A DNA stretch of 64,000 bases, taken from Felis catus. Lineage: Eukaryota. Location: NCBI RefSeq assembly GCF_018350175.1, contig NC_058368.1, positions 78,308,001-78,372,000 of the forward strand, in the 5' to 3' direction. Positions 26,146-39,400 of the stretch are shown here, one piece after another. The notes beneath the pieces were generated by a model. The model was not told the DNA's origin. It saw only the letters and a program-made list of their open reading frames with translations, and did no database searches. The first letter of the stretch is position 1; every line of letters begins with the position of its first letter. A program made the position numbers and the translations under genes.

Positions 26146-27345
26146 GGCATAGAAAGGTCTCAGGTTTAAGAGGGACCTCAAAGATCATCCAGTTCAACTG
26201 CTCTGATTTCCTCTACACTGGGGTTGCCAGGTGTTTACTTAGTTATGCTTAAATACTTCCAGTTCCTGTGAGTAATTGTGCTGAGTAGAAACAAGTGGCA
26301 TAGACAGTTCTTTGATGGCAAGTAAGAGAAATTCTTAATCCTGGAGTTATGCTTTGTCCTGTGTTTTAAGAATTTGCGTACATTTCCGCTTGTTTTCTGT
26401 AAGTAATTGAACATGATGAAACGCAGGGATTACTAAAAATTATGTTGTAAAGGACACATAGTTGTGGTTTTATTTTTCTGTTGGTGTATTTAAGGACAGT
26501 TGTGATCTTTGATTTTCTTTGTCTCTTCTATACTGAAATGAACTTATGTTAGACACGCACTGTTATGTATGCCCATGTCTGTTTCCTGAGTAGATCACGA
26601 GCCACTTGAGAACAGGGGCTGTACATGTACAATTTTTAAATAGTCTGTAGTGCCTAAACACTATTATTCACCCGGTAGGGTCCGCATATGTGTGGCATTG
26701 TCTTTAATCTGTAAATAGTGTGGTAGGACACACTGGAATCTGATGAGGCTGGGAAACCAAGTATGGGTGCTTCAGTGGCCCAGCTGGGTTTGAGAAATCC
26801 CCCGGGCTTGGCGGTAGTACCTAAGGACTCGTGTCATTGAGGATGGACATGACTTCCATACTGATCTCTTTTATTTAAATATTTTTCCTCGGAATGGGAG
26901 CATTTGCGTTTCTCCAAGGACATACATATGAGGGAACGCACGAGGTAATTCATGGAGATCAGAGGAGCACGCCCTCACTAACCCTGCTGACTTAGCACTC
27001 TGCTCACACTAGCCAACCTGGTGGTTCTGACACATTTACAGCTTCAAATTGTTTTTATTTTTTAGTCTTAAATTGGTTATTGTATACTTATAATGGTCTA
27101 ATAACTTAAATACCTGAAGCATATGGAGCACTAAGCTGAATAAAACAAGTTAATCAGGACCATAAAATTCTCAAGATGATCGTCACCAGACCTGTAAGTT
27201 GTATTCATAGGATTAAAGTGCTTATATAGTACATCAAGATGTTGCTGATGCTTCAAAACTATTCTTCTGAAAGGAAAACTATCCTAATTATTTCTACTTT
27301 GTCATAATAAAATCATAATAAAAATTAGTCATGTTTTCAATAGAT

Positions 27346-27547
27346 TATTTTATTTTATTTATTTTTATTTTTGAGAGACAGAGCACGAGCAGGGGAGGGG
27401 CAGAGAGAGAGGGAGACACAGTGTCCGAAGCAGGCTCCAGGCTCCGAGCTGTCAGCACAGAGGCCGACGTGGGGCTCGAACTCAAGAACCACGAGATCGT
27501 GACCTGAGCCGAAATCAGATGCTTAACCTGAGCCAGCCAGGCGCCCC
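27346..27547 (-). mobile_element. CanSINE
   Basis: Full-length reverse copy; TSD tcaataRattattt. Confidence 0.95.
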
Positions 27548-29432
27548 TCAATAAATTATTTCTTGAGACGTGCTTACTAATATCACTATGATACCTCTAA
27601 TCACTTGGTCTAAATAAAAAGCACAAAATTATCTTTTAGGTTGGTTGGTTTTCATTCAGAGTCAAGACCTGTGCATGTTATGATAATATGCTTATTTTTG
27701 AAATTATAACACAGTAATTAAATTTTAGTTTAATATATTATTATACATTGAGCCCCAGAATTTTACCTGTGGTTTTTGAAAAAGTATTTGTTTATACATC
27801 ATGCGTTTTTTTTTGTTTGTTTGTTTGTAACTAATGTAAAGCATGGAAAATGTGAGGCGGAGAAGGTTGTGGTTAGTTGTAGAGCAGTTTGAGGTGTCAG
27901 TGAAATATCAGGTATTCAAGGAACAGATAAACCGAGATCGTAGGTGGAGTAAACATAGAGAATCAGAACGATTTATACACGAGTGTGATACTCCGAGGCA
28001 TGAAAAAGAATGAAATTGCTGAGGGAAAGGAGGTAGATGGACAGGACCTTGGGAAATGCCTCTGTTTGGGGTGGGTCAGAAGGAGCAACTCTGGAATTGG
28101 AGTTACCGGAAGCTGAGGGAGAGTCTGCGTTCGGTGCTGCTTAGGGTTTTGGGGCCGCGGTGTGGATTGAGAGAATCTGCTGGATTTGTTAGCAGGTGAG
28201 GTGCACTTTTTGTGAGAGATCGTGGTGGGAGCTTGCGCATCACATTCTCAGTGAGTAGTTACTGGGGTGGTTTAAGCCACAGGTAGACGGGCTGTAGAGA
28301 CATTTGACATGCGAGGCCTGGTGTGATAAAGTGGCAAGAGCAGAACTGAGGGTTGGGAATAAGTCAGATATTCAAGATGTAGGCATGAGGTGAAAACATG
28401 ATAATGACGGAGAGGCCTGGAAGATGACAGGGTGTCTGTCGGTTGGCTGAGTTTCTGCCGTCATCAGGTCTAATGAATGCCTTTTACCTCGAGGCACCTT
28501 TCTAGTTAGTGTCAACTTTGGTTTAACTTTGAACGTATTTAACTCACCATTTCTGTGGATTGTTTATGATACTAACGTGACGCATTTGAGCACGCAAAAG
28601 AAGCCGGCAAATAAATCGATGTCTTCTGGAAGCACATTTCATAAACGTTTGCCCCGTAAAACGCACTCTCGGGTGTAGCCAGTTGCCTTGCGTATTGTCC
28701 GTGACCGGCGGCTGGATATCCGCGCTCTGGAGACCTGATAGACCATACCTGGCACCACTTCTGTCCCCTCTGTTGAAGGACATGGGATAGAAAACCCAGC
28801 ACGTCAGCATCAGGTGTGTTGTCCCCAGATAATAATAGCTCAGGCTGTGGAGAGGGAGGGGACATGTGGGTGGGAGCAGATGCCACCCTGACTTGGCTAC
28901 TTCTTGCTCCTCGGGAAGTAGTATCTTTTGTAATAGCACGTGCACACTGCGTCCGACTCAGCAGAGGACACGCCAGTTACGGGTCAGATCCCCGCTGCCG
29001 GAAGCCCCTCTTTATCCTTCCCCTTGGACATGTGTTGCCCTACTCAGGGCCTGCTTAATCCACATTTAGCTCACCATGAGGGGTCAAGTTTACCACGCAC
29101 AATGTTGCTTAGAAACGGCTGCTATCCCACCTTTATCAGGTTTCCAGGGAAACAGTGCTAGAAGGTTAACCAGAGGTCATTTTTTTCATGCTAGAGAAAA
29201 GGTTTTGTTAACCCTTTACCTACACGAATTTATTGGCAAAATAGATGGCAGACTTACATACCACTAGCTGTAGGATCCGTGCGGTGTACCGTTTCAGAGG
29301 TACTGCGCATTGGCAGGGACTTTTGTAACATCTGGGTCTATATGAAATTGTTTTTACGTGCCAGCAGGTGACTCCAGTAACTGTGTTCTGCTGATGGTTT
29401 CAACAAATTCAGTAAATAAAAACATCCTTCCT

Positions 29433-29655
29433 GGGCGCCTGGGTGGCTCAGTCGGTTGAGCGTCCGATTTCGGCTCAGGTCATGATCTCACAGCTCGTGA
29501 GTTCGAGCCCCGCGTCGGGCTCTGTGCTGACAGCTCAGAGCCTGGAGCCTGCTTCTGCTTCTTTCTGTGTCTCCCTCTCTCTCTGCCCCTAACCCACTCG
29601 CATTTTGTCTCTGTCTCTGTCAAAAATAAATAAACATTAAAAAAAATTAAAAAAA
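29433..29655 (+). mobile_element. CanSINE (young)
   Basis: Full-length; perfect TSD aaataaaaacatccttcct. Confidence 0.95.
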
Positions 29656-30293
29656 AAATAAAAACATCCTTCCTATTCGAGGCTTGCTTGTTCCAGTTCC
29701 CTTAAGAGCATAGAGGTGTGACACAGACTGGGGAGCAGAAATTACTATCAAATTGGGTCAGGTAAGAGTAAGGCAGTCTGTGAGTAGAGGTCTCTGTCTA
29801 AACCACCAATAAATATGCCAAAGCGTATTAAAAAGGGGACAGCACACTTTCAAGTGTGTACTTGAGAGCAGTTTTTATTAACCTGTCCTTAGAATTGATT
29901 TCCATTTGAGATTCCTCCAAATGGATTGACATTTATTCTGGCTTCCACCACTTAAGATTATAAAATTGCCTTTGTTTATCACAAAGAGCTTTAGTTAAGG
30001 TGCCTTTTCAGGAATGCTTTCTGGAAAACCGTAAGTTTAATTCTTGTTATTTCTAACCAAAAGTGGACTCACATATGCCATTTTCCTAATGTCCAGGCTT
30101 AAATATATGTGCCCAGTACTCAGAATACAGTTATGTTTTCTTAGAAGGCTAATAATGTACATACATTATTTATTCATTTAAAAAACATTTTAGTTTGGAA
30201 TATATGTAAAGTGGTGTCCTACCCAGTAGAGATAACAGTAGTGAAAAAGAGAAAAACGGTTCTTGGCTTTATAGATTTAAATTCAATATTATA

Positions 30294-30520
30294 GGGGCGC
30301 CTGGGTGGCGCAGTCGGTTAAGCGTCTGACTTCAGCCAGGTCACGATCTCGCGGTCCGTGAGTTCGAGCCCCGCGTCAGGCTCTGGGCTGATGGCTCAGA
30401 GCCTGGAGCCTGTTTCCGATTCTGTGTCTCCCTCTCTCTCTGCCCCTCCCCCGTTCATGCTCTGTCTCTCTCTGTCCCAAAAATAAAAAAAACGTTGAAA
30501 AAAAAATTTAAAAAAAAAAA
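30294..30520 (+). mobile_element. Young felid CanSINE (SINEC_Fc type)
   Basis: Full-length; perfect 16-bp TSD taaattcaatattata. Confidence 0.96.
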
Positions 30521-32737
30521 TAAATTCAATATTATATGTTGAAATCAGAAATTAAAGAGGCTACTTTGAAAAAGATAATTTTTCCAAGTTTGAATAATTG
30601 AAAATTGTAACTCTTTTTTCTGTATGTTTGATATATATGTATATATGAAATGTTCAAGTAGTTTTTGGTAACAATTTTGTTTGATTTGAAAACTGAGTCA
30701 ACTCCTGATTATCCACGATATAGGAACCCTTATCAAATTTCTAGATTTGCTTGGCACATTCTGATGTTGATGTTAATTTGAGCAGAACATGGTTAAGAAC
30801 ATAGTGGTGTAGCTAGAAACACTAGTCACAAAGGCAAATAAAGTTCATATATCTATAGTATCTGTAAATGCTTTTCAAATTAGTTTCATTTGGTAATGCT
30901 GACCAGCCTTATATGTAGGCATTTAAAAAATTATTCCACTGAAAAGGGAATTCAGACTGGAAATAAGTGATAAACACAAGATTGCTCAGCAGCTATATGG
31001 TAGAGCAGAATTTTAGGGTCATGGAATTTTAGCCGTGTGTTTTTTCCTACTAAATCACCAAATGAATGGTGTTTCAGTTACTCCTCTCTCTGATACCACT
31101 GTCACAAATGATTGGCTTTAACTATGAAAAAGACAGTAAAATTGTTCACTGAAGACATACCTTAAATGGTATCTTATTTTCCAAATAGTGCGGTGCTCTA
31201 GTATGTTGGTATTTTATATCCCAGACCTTGTTAATCCTAATCATTACACAGAATTTTTTCATTTTGATGTATAAAGTTAACAATGATGTGTTTTCACCTT
31301 TCTCCAGTACAGCGCTTGGTACACATGAAAATCCTTGACAATCATTTGTACTTAAAAAAAATAAATAGAAGTAAGTAAACATGAGATGAAAAGTTTAAGT
31401 GGGCCAGATATGTTGTTGAGACTCGCGCACTGCGTTGAAGGGATGTGGCATAGCCCTGTGTGATCTAAGCTGTCGATAAATAGCCGTCAGAGAGGCTATT
31501 ATTATGAGAGGCATTGGTTGATGAACGATCTGGAATATTGGCTTATTTGGCTGCTCTGAAGCAGCCCCTCTCAGTTCTGGTTTTTAACCAGGTCGTGACA
31601 CCCAGTGCTCGGGTGCTTTTAAGCTTGAATTTTTTGTTTGACTTTCTGTATCTGCTGTTCTCTAGCTCAGCATGGTGTTCATGTAATAAAACTTGCTACA
31701 GCTGGGTGGCAGTGTTGACCACAGAGAAACTTCAGGAAAATGCTGTGCTGTTGGTTTATGTTCAGAGAGAGTCATTTGGGTAAGAATTCAAATTTGAAAG
31801 TGTATGTTCAGCGAGCTAGTAAGTAAGGTATGTTTGGTGAGGTAGTGGTGAAATGTCAAATCTGTTAAATCGTCTAACTCGGCTTTATGGCCAATCTAAT
31901 TTAATTTGGTTTTATGATTTTTTTTTCAGTGTTTAATTCAGTGAACAAAAATGTCAAGTTTATTAGCTTATAGAATACAGTAAAATTTTTAAAAATCAGT
32001 CGTTAACAATTATCTATGAAATTTAAGAATAACTTCTTTATGGTAGTTTTGTTTGCAAGTAAAAGAGGATTTAATATTTTTTAAAACTCGGCAAACGTAT
32101 AAATAGATGACTGCTACATAAGAAAGCTTACAACATACCTCACTTTTTTTGCTTTTTTTAAGACAGTATGCATAAAGTTTTTTATTTGATAACCAAAAGA
32201 TATTGACTTAAAGTGCTTTTCTTCTGTATTTTCTTTTATCAATTATAATTTTCAGAAATCTTTAAAAACATTTTTCTCCAATAAGTCATTTTCTTCATTT
32301 TTCTCTGGTTCTCAAATAGAATTGCTCTGTCTTCGTTTCACACTTCTCCCCCAGGTGTTTATGGCCTTTCTAATACGTCATACTAATCTGGATTGACTCA
32401 TGATGGGAAATTGTAGTAAGGGCTGTATAAAGATTGTGCTTATTTCATGATGCTAGCAGTCTGAAATTTCTTTTTAATCCAGTGTGAAATAAATTATTGA
32501 ACTCTTTCTAAAAAATAATGCAATGCTGGAAACTAGTAGTTAATTTAAATAAATTATTGTTTAACTGGGAAATCCTGCAGGTAGAGAAGAAAATATTTTA
32601 TTCTTACCTCAGTTTGTTTAGGTACAATTTATAATGTGAAAAAGAAAATTGACAATAAATTGTATCAGATTGATCTTGACTAATTAGAATATATTAACTA
32701 TCTCTTTAATAAAATTTGCTTTCAACCTGCCTAGCTC

Positions 32738-34910
32738 AGTGAAGTTGTAGGATACAAAATCAATATACGAAAATCTGTTGTTTCTTTATACTAATAATTA
32801 TCAGAAAGAGAAATTAAAGAAAATGGTTTTGTTTATAACTCCATAAAAAAATAGAATACCTAGGAATAAGTTTAGTCAAGAAAGGGGAAGACCTCTACCC
32901 TGAAAACTATAAGACAAGTATGAAAGAAATTGAAGAAAACACAAATAAATGGAAAGATAATTCTGTTTTCATGGATAAGAATTGTTATTATGTCCATATT
33001 ACCCAAAACGGTGTACGGGTACAGTGCAATCACTACCAAAATTACAATGGCAATTTTTACAGAAATAGAACAGTGATCTTACAATTTGTGTATGGAACCA
33101 CAAAAGATCCCAACTAGCCAAAGCAATCTTGAGAAAGAAAAACAAAGCTGGAGGCATACTCCCTCATTTCTAACTATATTACAAAGCTATGTCAAAACAG
33201 TGTGGTATTGGCATAAAGACAGACACAGTGATCAATGGTGCAAAATAGAGTCCAGAAATACACCTACACATAGATGGTCAATTAATTTACAACAGAGAAG
33301 CCAAGAATATACAATTGGGGCAAATGGTGCTGGGAAAACTGGATATCCACCTGCAGAAGAATGAAACTAGGGCACTACTTTACAACATACACAAAAATTA
33401 ACTTAAAATGGATTAAAGACTTTAAGATCTGAAACCATAAAACTCCTAGAGGAAAACAAAGTAGTGAGCTCCTTGATGTTGTCTTGGCAATGATTTTTGG
33501 ATCTGTGACACCAAAAGCAGAGACAACAAAAGCAAAATAACTAGGTGGGACTACATCAGACTTAAAAAGCTTCTACACAGCAAGGGAAATCAACAAAATG
33601 AAATGACTGAAGGGGAGAATATATTTGCAAAGCATATATCTGATAAGGGATTAGTATCTAAAGTATGTAAAGAACTCACAGAACTCAGTAGCAACAAAAC
33701 AATATGATTATGAAATAGATGATCTAAATAGAAGTTTTTCCAGAGAAGACATACAGATGGCCAACACGTACCTGAAAAGATGTTCAGCATCACTGATCAG
33801 GGAAATGCAAATGAAAAACCACAGTGAGATGTTACCTCACACCTGTCAGAATGGGTATTATCAAAACGCAAGAAATAAATATTGGCGAGGACGTGGAGAA
33901 AAAAGGAAACCCTCAGGCACTGTTGGTGGGAATGTAAATTGGTGCAGCCAAGGAAAAATAGTATGAAGGGTTCCTCAAAAAATTAAAAATACAACTACCA
34001 TATGATCCAGCAATTCTGCTTCTGGCTGTTTATCCAAAGAAAACAAAACCGCTGACTCAGGAAGCTATATGGACACCCATGTTCATTGCAACATTATTTA
34101 CAATAGCCAAGATATGGAAACAACCTAAGTATCCATTGATGGATGAATGGATGAAGAAAATATGACATGTACACACAATGAAATATTACCAAGCCATAAA
34201 GAAGAATGAAATCTTGCCGTTTGCCACAAAACAGATGGACTTGAGAGCATTATGCTAAGTGAGATAAGTCAGAGAAAGACAAATCTATATGATTTCATTT
34301 ATGTGTGGAACAAGAAAGAAAGAAAGAGAAAGAAAAACACCTAAACCCCAAGTTTACAGATACAGAGAACAGGCGGCTGGTTGCCAGAGGCAGGGATGGA
34401 GGAAATGGGTGAAGGGGATCAAAATGTACAAACTTCCAGTTTGAATTGTTTGGGGACATTAGGTACAGCTTGGCCGCTATCATTAATACTGTAGTGCATA
34501 CTCATGGGGTGCTGGGGGGGCTCGGTTGAGCGTCCAACTTCGGCTCAGGTCACGATCTTGCGGTTCGTGGGTTCAGGCCCCACGTCAGGCTCTGCGCTGA
34601 CAGCTCGGAGCCTGGAGCCTGCTTCAGATTCTGTGTCTCCCTCTTTCTCTGCCCCTCCCCTGCTCATTCTCTGTCTCTCAAAAATAAAGATTAAAAAAAA
34701 TTTTTTTTTAAATACCGTATTGCATACTTGGAAGTTGCTAAGAGAGTGGATCATAGAAGTTCTCATCACAAGGAAAAGAATTTTGCAGCCATGTTTGGTG
34801 ACAGATGTTAACTAGACATACCGTGATAGTTTCTCAATATAGACAAAGATCCTTACGTTGTACACTTGAAAACAATAAAATGTATGTCATTTATGCCTCA
34901 ATACAAAAAA
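32738..34910 (+). mobile_element. 5'-truncated L1 (L1MA/L1_Carn-like): degraded ORF2 3' part plus 3' UTR
   Basis: ORF2-like peptides (MKEIEENTNKWKD; KTVWYWHKDRHSDQW), typical 3' UTR; degenerate TSD tcaacctRcctagcYcaStga. Confidence 0.9.
34506..34709 (+). mobile_element. CanSINE nested in the L1 3' UTR
   Basis: CanSINE body and tail; TSD ~aatacYgtaKtgcatact. Confidence 0.92.
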
Positions 34911-35344
34911 GAAATTCTCTCAACCTACCTAGCCCACTGATGGGCACACCAGGAGCTTCGGGATCATGCTCGTTGGCCTTTGGGCTCTTCATCCTGAGGA
35001 GCTGGGAGCACAGCCATTGACTTAAGCCCCTGAGCTTCTGTTGCCTCATAAAAATTTGGGAACAGGGCATTAGCTGATTTTTGTGTCAAATCAAGGAGGA
35101 TGCATTAATGAAAGTCCCTGACAGTAATTAAGCACTTTTTTAGAAAAATGTATATATTTTGATAAATATTTGTATTTCGTAATCCTAGCAGTGGAAGCAG
35201 AAAGGAGACTGTTGAGACCAGAAGAAACAGGGGAATTTGAACAACGGTGGATGGAATGATGTAGCCTTCCAAGGGTTCTCTTAGTGCCGTGATTTACTGT
35301 CACATGGATTTAACTTTTTAAATAATGTAAGTTGAATTACTGAT

Positions 35345-35375
<31 letters not shown>

Positions 35376-35377
35376 TT
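35345..35377 (+). repeat. (CT)n microsatellite forming the ABHD13 polypyrimidine tract
   Basis: Lies directly between a branch-point-like TACTGAT (35338-35344) and the acceptor AG (35378-35379). Confidence 0.85.
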
Positions 35378-35399
35378 AGGACACTTACGGAGAGCTACA

Positions 35400-36413
35400 A
35401 TGGAAAAATCCTGGATGCTGTGGAACTTTGTTGAAAGATGGCTAATAGCTTTGGCTTCGTGGTCTTGGGCCCTTTGCCGTATTTCTCTTTTACCTTTAAT
35501 AGTGACTTTTCATCTGTATGGAGGCATTATCTTACTTTTGTTAATATTCGTGTCAATAGCAGGTATTCTGTATAAATTCCAGGATGTATTGCTTTATTTT
35601 CCAGAGCAGCCATCTTCTTCACGCCTTTATGTTCCCATGCCCACTGGTATTCCACATGAAAACATTTTCATCAGAACCAAAGATGGAGTGCGTCTGAACC
35701 TTATTTTGATAAGATACACTGGAGACAATTCGCCCTATTCCCCGACTATAATTTATTTTCATGGGAATGCAGGCAACATAGGTCACAGGTTACCAAATGC
35801 ATTGCTTATGTTGGTTAACCTCAAAGTTAATCTTTTGCTTGTTGATTATCGAGGATACGGAAAAAGCGAAGGAGAAGCGAGTGAAGAGGGACTCTACCTG
35901 GATTCTGAAGCTGTGCTAGATTACGTGATGACTAGACCTGACCTTGACAAAACAAAAATTTTTCTTTTTGGCCGTTCCTTGGGAGGAGCGGTGGCTATCC
36001 ATCTGGCTTCCGAAAATTCACATCGGATTTCGGCCATTATGGTGGAGAACACGTTTTTAAGCATACCGCATATGGCCAGCACTTTATTTTCATTCTTCCC
36101 AATGCGTTACCTTCCTTTATGGTGCTACAAAAACAAATTCTTATCCTACAGAAAAATCGCTCAGTGCAGAATGCCTTCTCTTTTCATCTCTGGGCTCTCC
36201 GACCAGTTAATTCCACCAGTAATGATGAAGCAACTCTATGAACTGTCCCCGTCACGGACTAAGAGATTAGCCATTTTTCCCGACGGGACTCATAATGATA
36301 CGTGGCAGTGCCAGGGCTACTTTACTGCCCTGGAACACTTCATCCGAGAAGCAATAAAAAGCCGTTCTCCCGAAGACATGGCACAGACCTCACCCAACGT
36401 CACGATTATATGA
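35400..36413 (+). CDS. ABHD13: Alpha/beta hydrolase domain-containing protein 13, 337 aa, single coding exon
   Basis: Intact ORF with strong Kozak (acaATGg), N-terminal hydrophobic helix, HGNAGN motif, nucleophile elbow GRSLG (Ser193), downstream SDQLI and GTHND catalytic Asp/His motifs; exon starts at 35380. Confidence 0.98.
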   Translation: MEKSWMLWNFVERWLIALASWSWALCRISLLPLIVTFHLYGGIILLLLIFVSIAGILYKFQDVLLYFPEQPSSSRLYVPMPTGIPHENIFIRTKDGVRLNLILIRYTGDNSPYSPTIIYFHGNAGNIGHRLPNALLMLVNLKVNLLLVDYRGYGKSEGEASEEGLYLDSEAVLDYVMTRPDLDKTKIFLFGRSLGGAVAIHLASENSHRISAIMVENTFLSIPHMASTLFSFFPMRYLPLWCYKNKFLSYRKIAQCRMPSLFISGLSDQLIPPVMMKQLYELSPSRTKRLAIFPDGTHNDTWQCQGYFTALEHFIREAIKSRSPEDMAQTSPNVTII

Positions 36414-39400
36414 TGCTCTTCTGTTTGATTAACGCACTGTATTTTAATTTGCGCGGAACGATAAAGAATGTTCCTTTCTACAAGTGTGTTATGTCTGTAC
36501 TTGTCTGAAGAGTGACATTAAACCCTGAAAGGACTTCAGTGCTCCTTTGAGACGATCCAAATAGTTTTTGACATGTGAAGAACTGTAATTCTTGGGATTA
36601 TTTCATAGTTTTCATCAAACCTTTCAGTGTGGTCATGTATCCGTATCTTTCGTTTAATATGCCAGTATAATAGCATATTGTATTCAAAAGTTTCTTGTTG
36701 CCAAAATGGTGTGCTTCGCGTGGCACTTGGATCCGTGGCTGGGTGTGGAAGGAGATCTGCCAACGAGAAACCTTTGAGTATTCCTTTAGTAAGTACCGGG
36801 ACAATCATGGCAAGCAAACTTAGTTCTGTAACTGCATTCTTCACCTTAAAAGTTAAAATGAAATGCATGATGGTATTTTAGTCCTTGAATTATGCAATGC
36901 ATCGTTTTTACTGTAAATAGCACTGGTCATTGACCAACGTATACGGTAACCTGGGTTATATCTATTTTGATGTAAACTCTATTTTGTTTTCGGCGAGAAG
37001 TGAAATCGAGGCCTGTGTGCCGGCTGCCATTGCATTTTGCTCTGGTGAATGCTGAGATCCAGCTTTTTCTTACAAGTAAATGGGACCCCATTTTCCAATA
37101 TAAATGTACCGTGTTTTGTTAGGTACAGTCTGGATCATAGCATGTAAAAATAGAAATTTAGAATTTTACTGCAGCTTTGATGTGCACATTTGAACTTTTT
37201 AACATTTGTAATTTTGGTGGCAAAGAGAATTTTAGCTTCTGTCGATTTTGTAAGTCTACAGCTCAACCACTAATAGCGATCATAATGACAATTAGAACTT
37301 GTTTAAGAAATAAATTGGCGAGACTTATCATTACATGATTGTACAGACTATTTTACAGAAATTCCCACACTTGAGTTTTAAGTCCAGTATCTAGGTATAT
37401 CTAGCCTACAACAGCCAAGATATCATTTATTGGACTTTCTGAAAATAAAAGTTACAAAATCAAAAGCAAAAAACCTGTTCTTTGGTTTAATGTTTCAGTT
37501 GTTCTTATATACAGCATTAAAAGACAGTTTCAGGAAGTTTTCTTTCTTTTTCTCCTCCACATAGGAGTGTGGGAATGAAGGAACTCAAGAAGTTTTTCTT
37601 GCAGAACCTATTATCACATTTAACAATTACGTGGCTAGAAGTGAGAAGTAGTATTTAGACATAGAGAAGAGTAAGAAAAAAAAAAGAGCCCCGTAAAACT
37701 TGCAGAACATACCTTAAAAAATATAAGCTATGGGGTATAATTGTGCTACGTTTTTCAGGCTGTCCTCAAAAATTAGATGAAATTGAGCTCTGTACATTAT
37801 GTCAGCTTTAACATAGAATATTTTGAATATTTAGCTATATTTATTGGCTTTGTGCAAGCGGCTAGAGCAGAGAAATCATGGGTCAATATTCTTGACCTTA
37901 ATTTTAGAATCTTTCCACGGAGATAGGGCTAGAGATACTTTTGCCAAATAACATTCTTATTCACTTTATGTCAGTATTTAGAAAAAAATTCTAGCAAGTA
38001 TGATTTCCTGTTTTTCTATAAATTGTTGTTTAAAAGTCATGCTTTAAAAAAAAGTTGGTAATGCATATCATGGAAGGCATATTTTTATGTATAAATTCAC
38101 CACAATTAAAGGATACTTTTCATCTTATTGGTCATTGCGATGTAGAATGACTCTCCTAAATAGTAGTGTATTCAAAAGAAAAAAGTTAATACAACAATCG
38201 TAGTGTACTTAGACATGAGCTTACTTGGTGCACCTTAGCTTGTATCATCTTTAAGGTTTGGAGTACCTTTGTATGCTTCCCTGTAACCATTTAGCGTAGT
38301 ACTTGTGAAGGGGTTTATCCACTTTAGTTGTAATGAGTATTATGCTGATGAAGTATAAAAGCTTTTTCTTCATCAGTGTTTTGTTCTTATGCTGCTTTTT
38401 TTTTTTTTAAGGTTTATAAACAAATTTTTTCCCCCCTCTAAAGCCAGGCTTTCAAAAGTTGCACAGTACTAGTGTATTCACCCCCACCTTCACTCTCTTT
38501 GGATTAAGGGGCATTTGTTCTGCAGCAGAGGGAAGGGACTGTGTTTAGGGTGGTAGGACATCTTTCTTTCCTGGCTTCTGTATCTGAGATTTCCTTAGAT
38601 GGGAAGAGGGCAGAACACAAACTGTTGTGGTCAGAGGTCCATGAAGCCTGTGACATCGTTTTTTCACAACATGTCTAATTTTGTGGCCAAAGCAGTTGGT
38701 CTTAATAAAATGTGAATTCTTCATGAGTCACTCCTTCATTGGGACCCAGGTTTTAGTGGGAATAGAAGTGTGTCCACCTCGTGTATTAATTTCTGGCTCA
38801 TTTTGCAAGAGCAGCTGTAATAAGAGTTTATGAATGAATTTTAAGTTTTTAAGCTACTGTAAACTTGGAAATCCTAGAATGATTTTAAATCTGTCAAGAT
38901 ACAATTCATTTAGAGAAAGTTCCGATATTTTAAAAGGGATTATTGGGGCGGGGCGAGTGGGGGATGGCAAAAAGGACACTCAAAAGGAGATTGTAGAATA
39001 TGGGGAGAAATAGTTTGTGATGCATAAAAGGTGCTAAATGAAGAGAAATGGCTGGAAAGGGATACGTGACGTGGTTCTTCAGTGTCGATCCAGGAAATGA
39101 CAAAATGACTAACCGATAAGGTTGGGCGAAAAGGCTGCCTAACTGTGCAGAACAAAACGTTCGAATGCATGTCGCCTCTAACCAAGAAAGTGACTAGAGC
39201 ACCTGACACTGCAAATACCTTGACTGTAAAATTGGCATTTTTATCAAAATGGTATTTTCAATTTTGTTACAGGGCAGCTTAAACTGATTTTTTTTTCATG
39301 ATGAGCTGTAGACACTTGGTAATCACCCAAGTTCCAGCTTTGGTGATGTGTCAGTTGCATTGTGGTTCTCATTGAGAATTCATACCACCCGATGCATTTA

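Noticed and set aside
32920..33966. ORFs resembling reverse-transcriptase-region protein
   Set aside because: Frameshifted L1 ORF2 remnants, not a functional gene.
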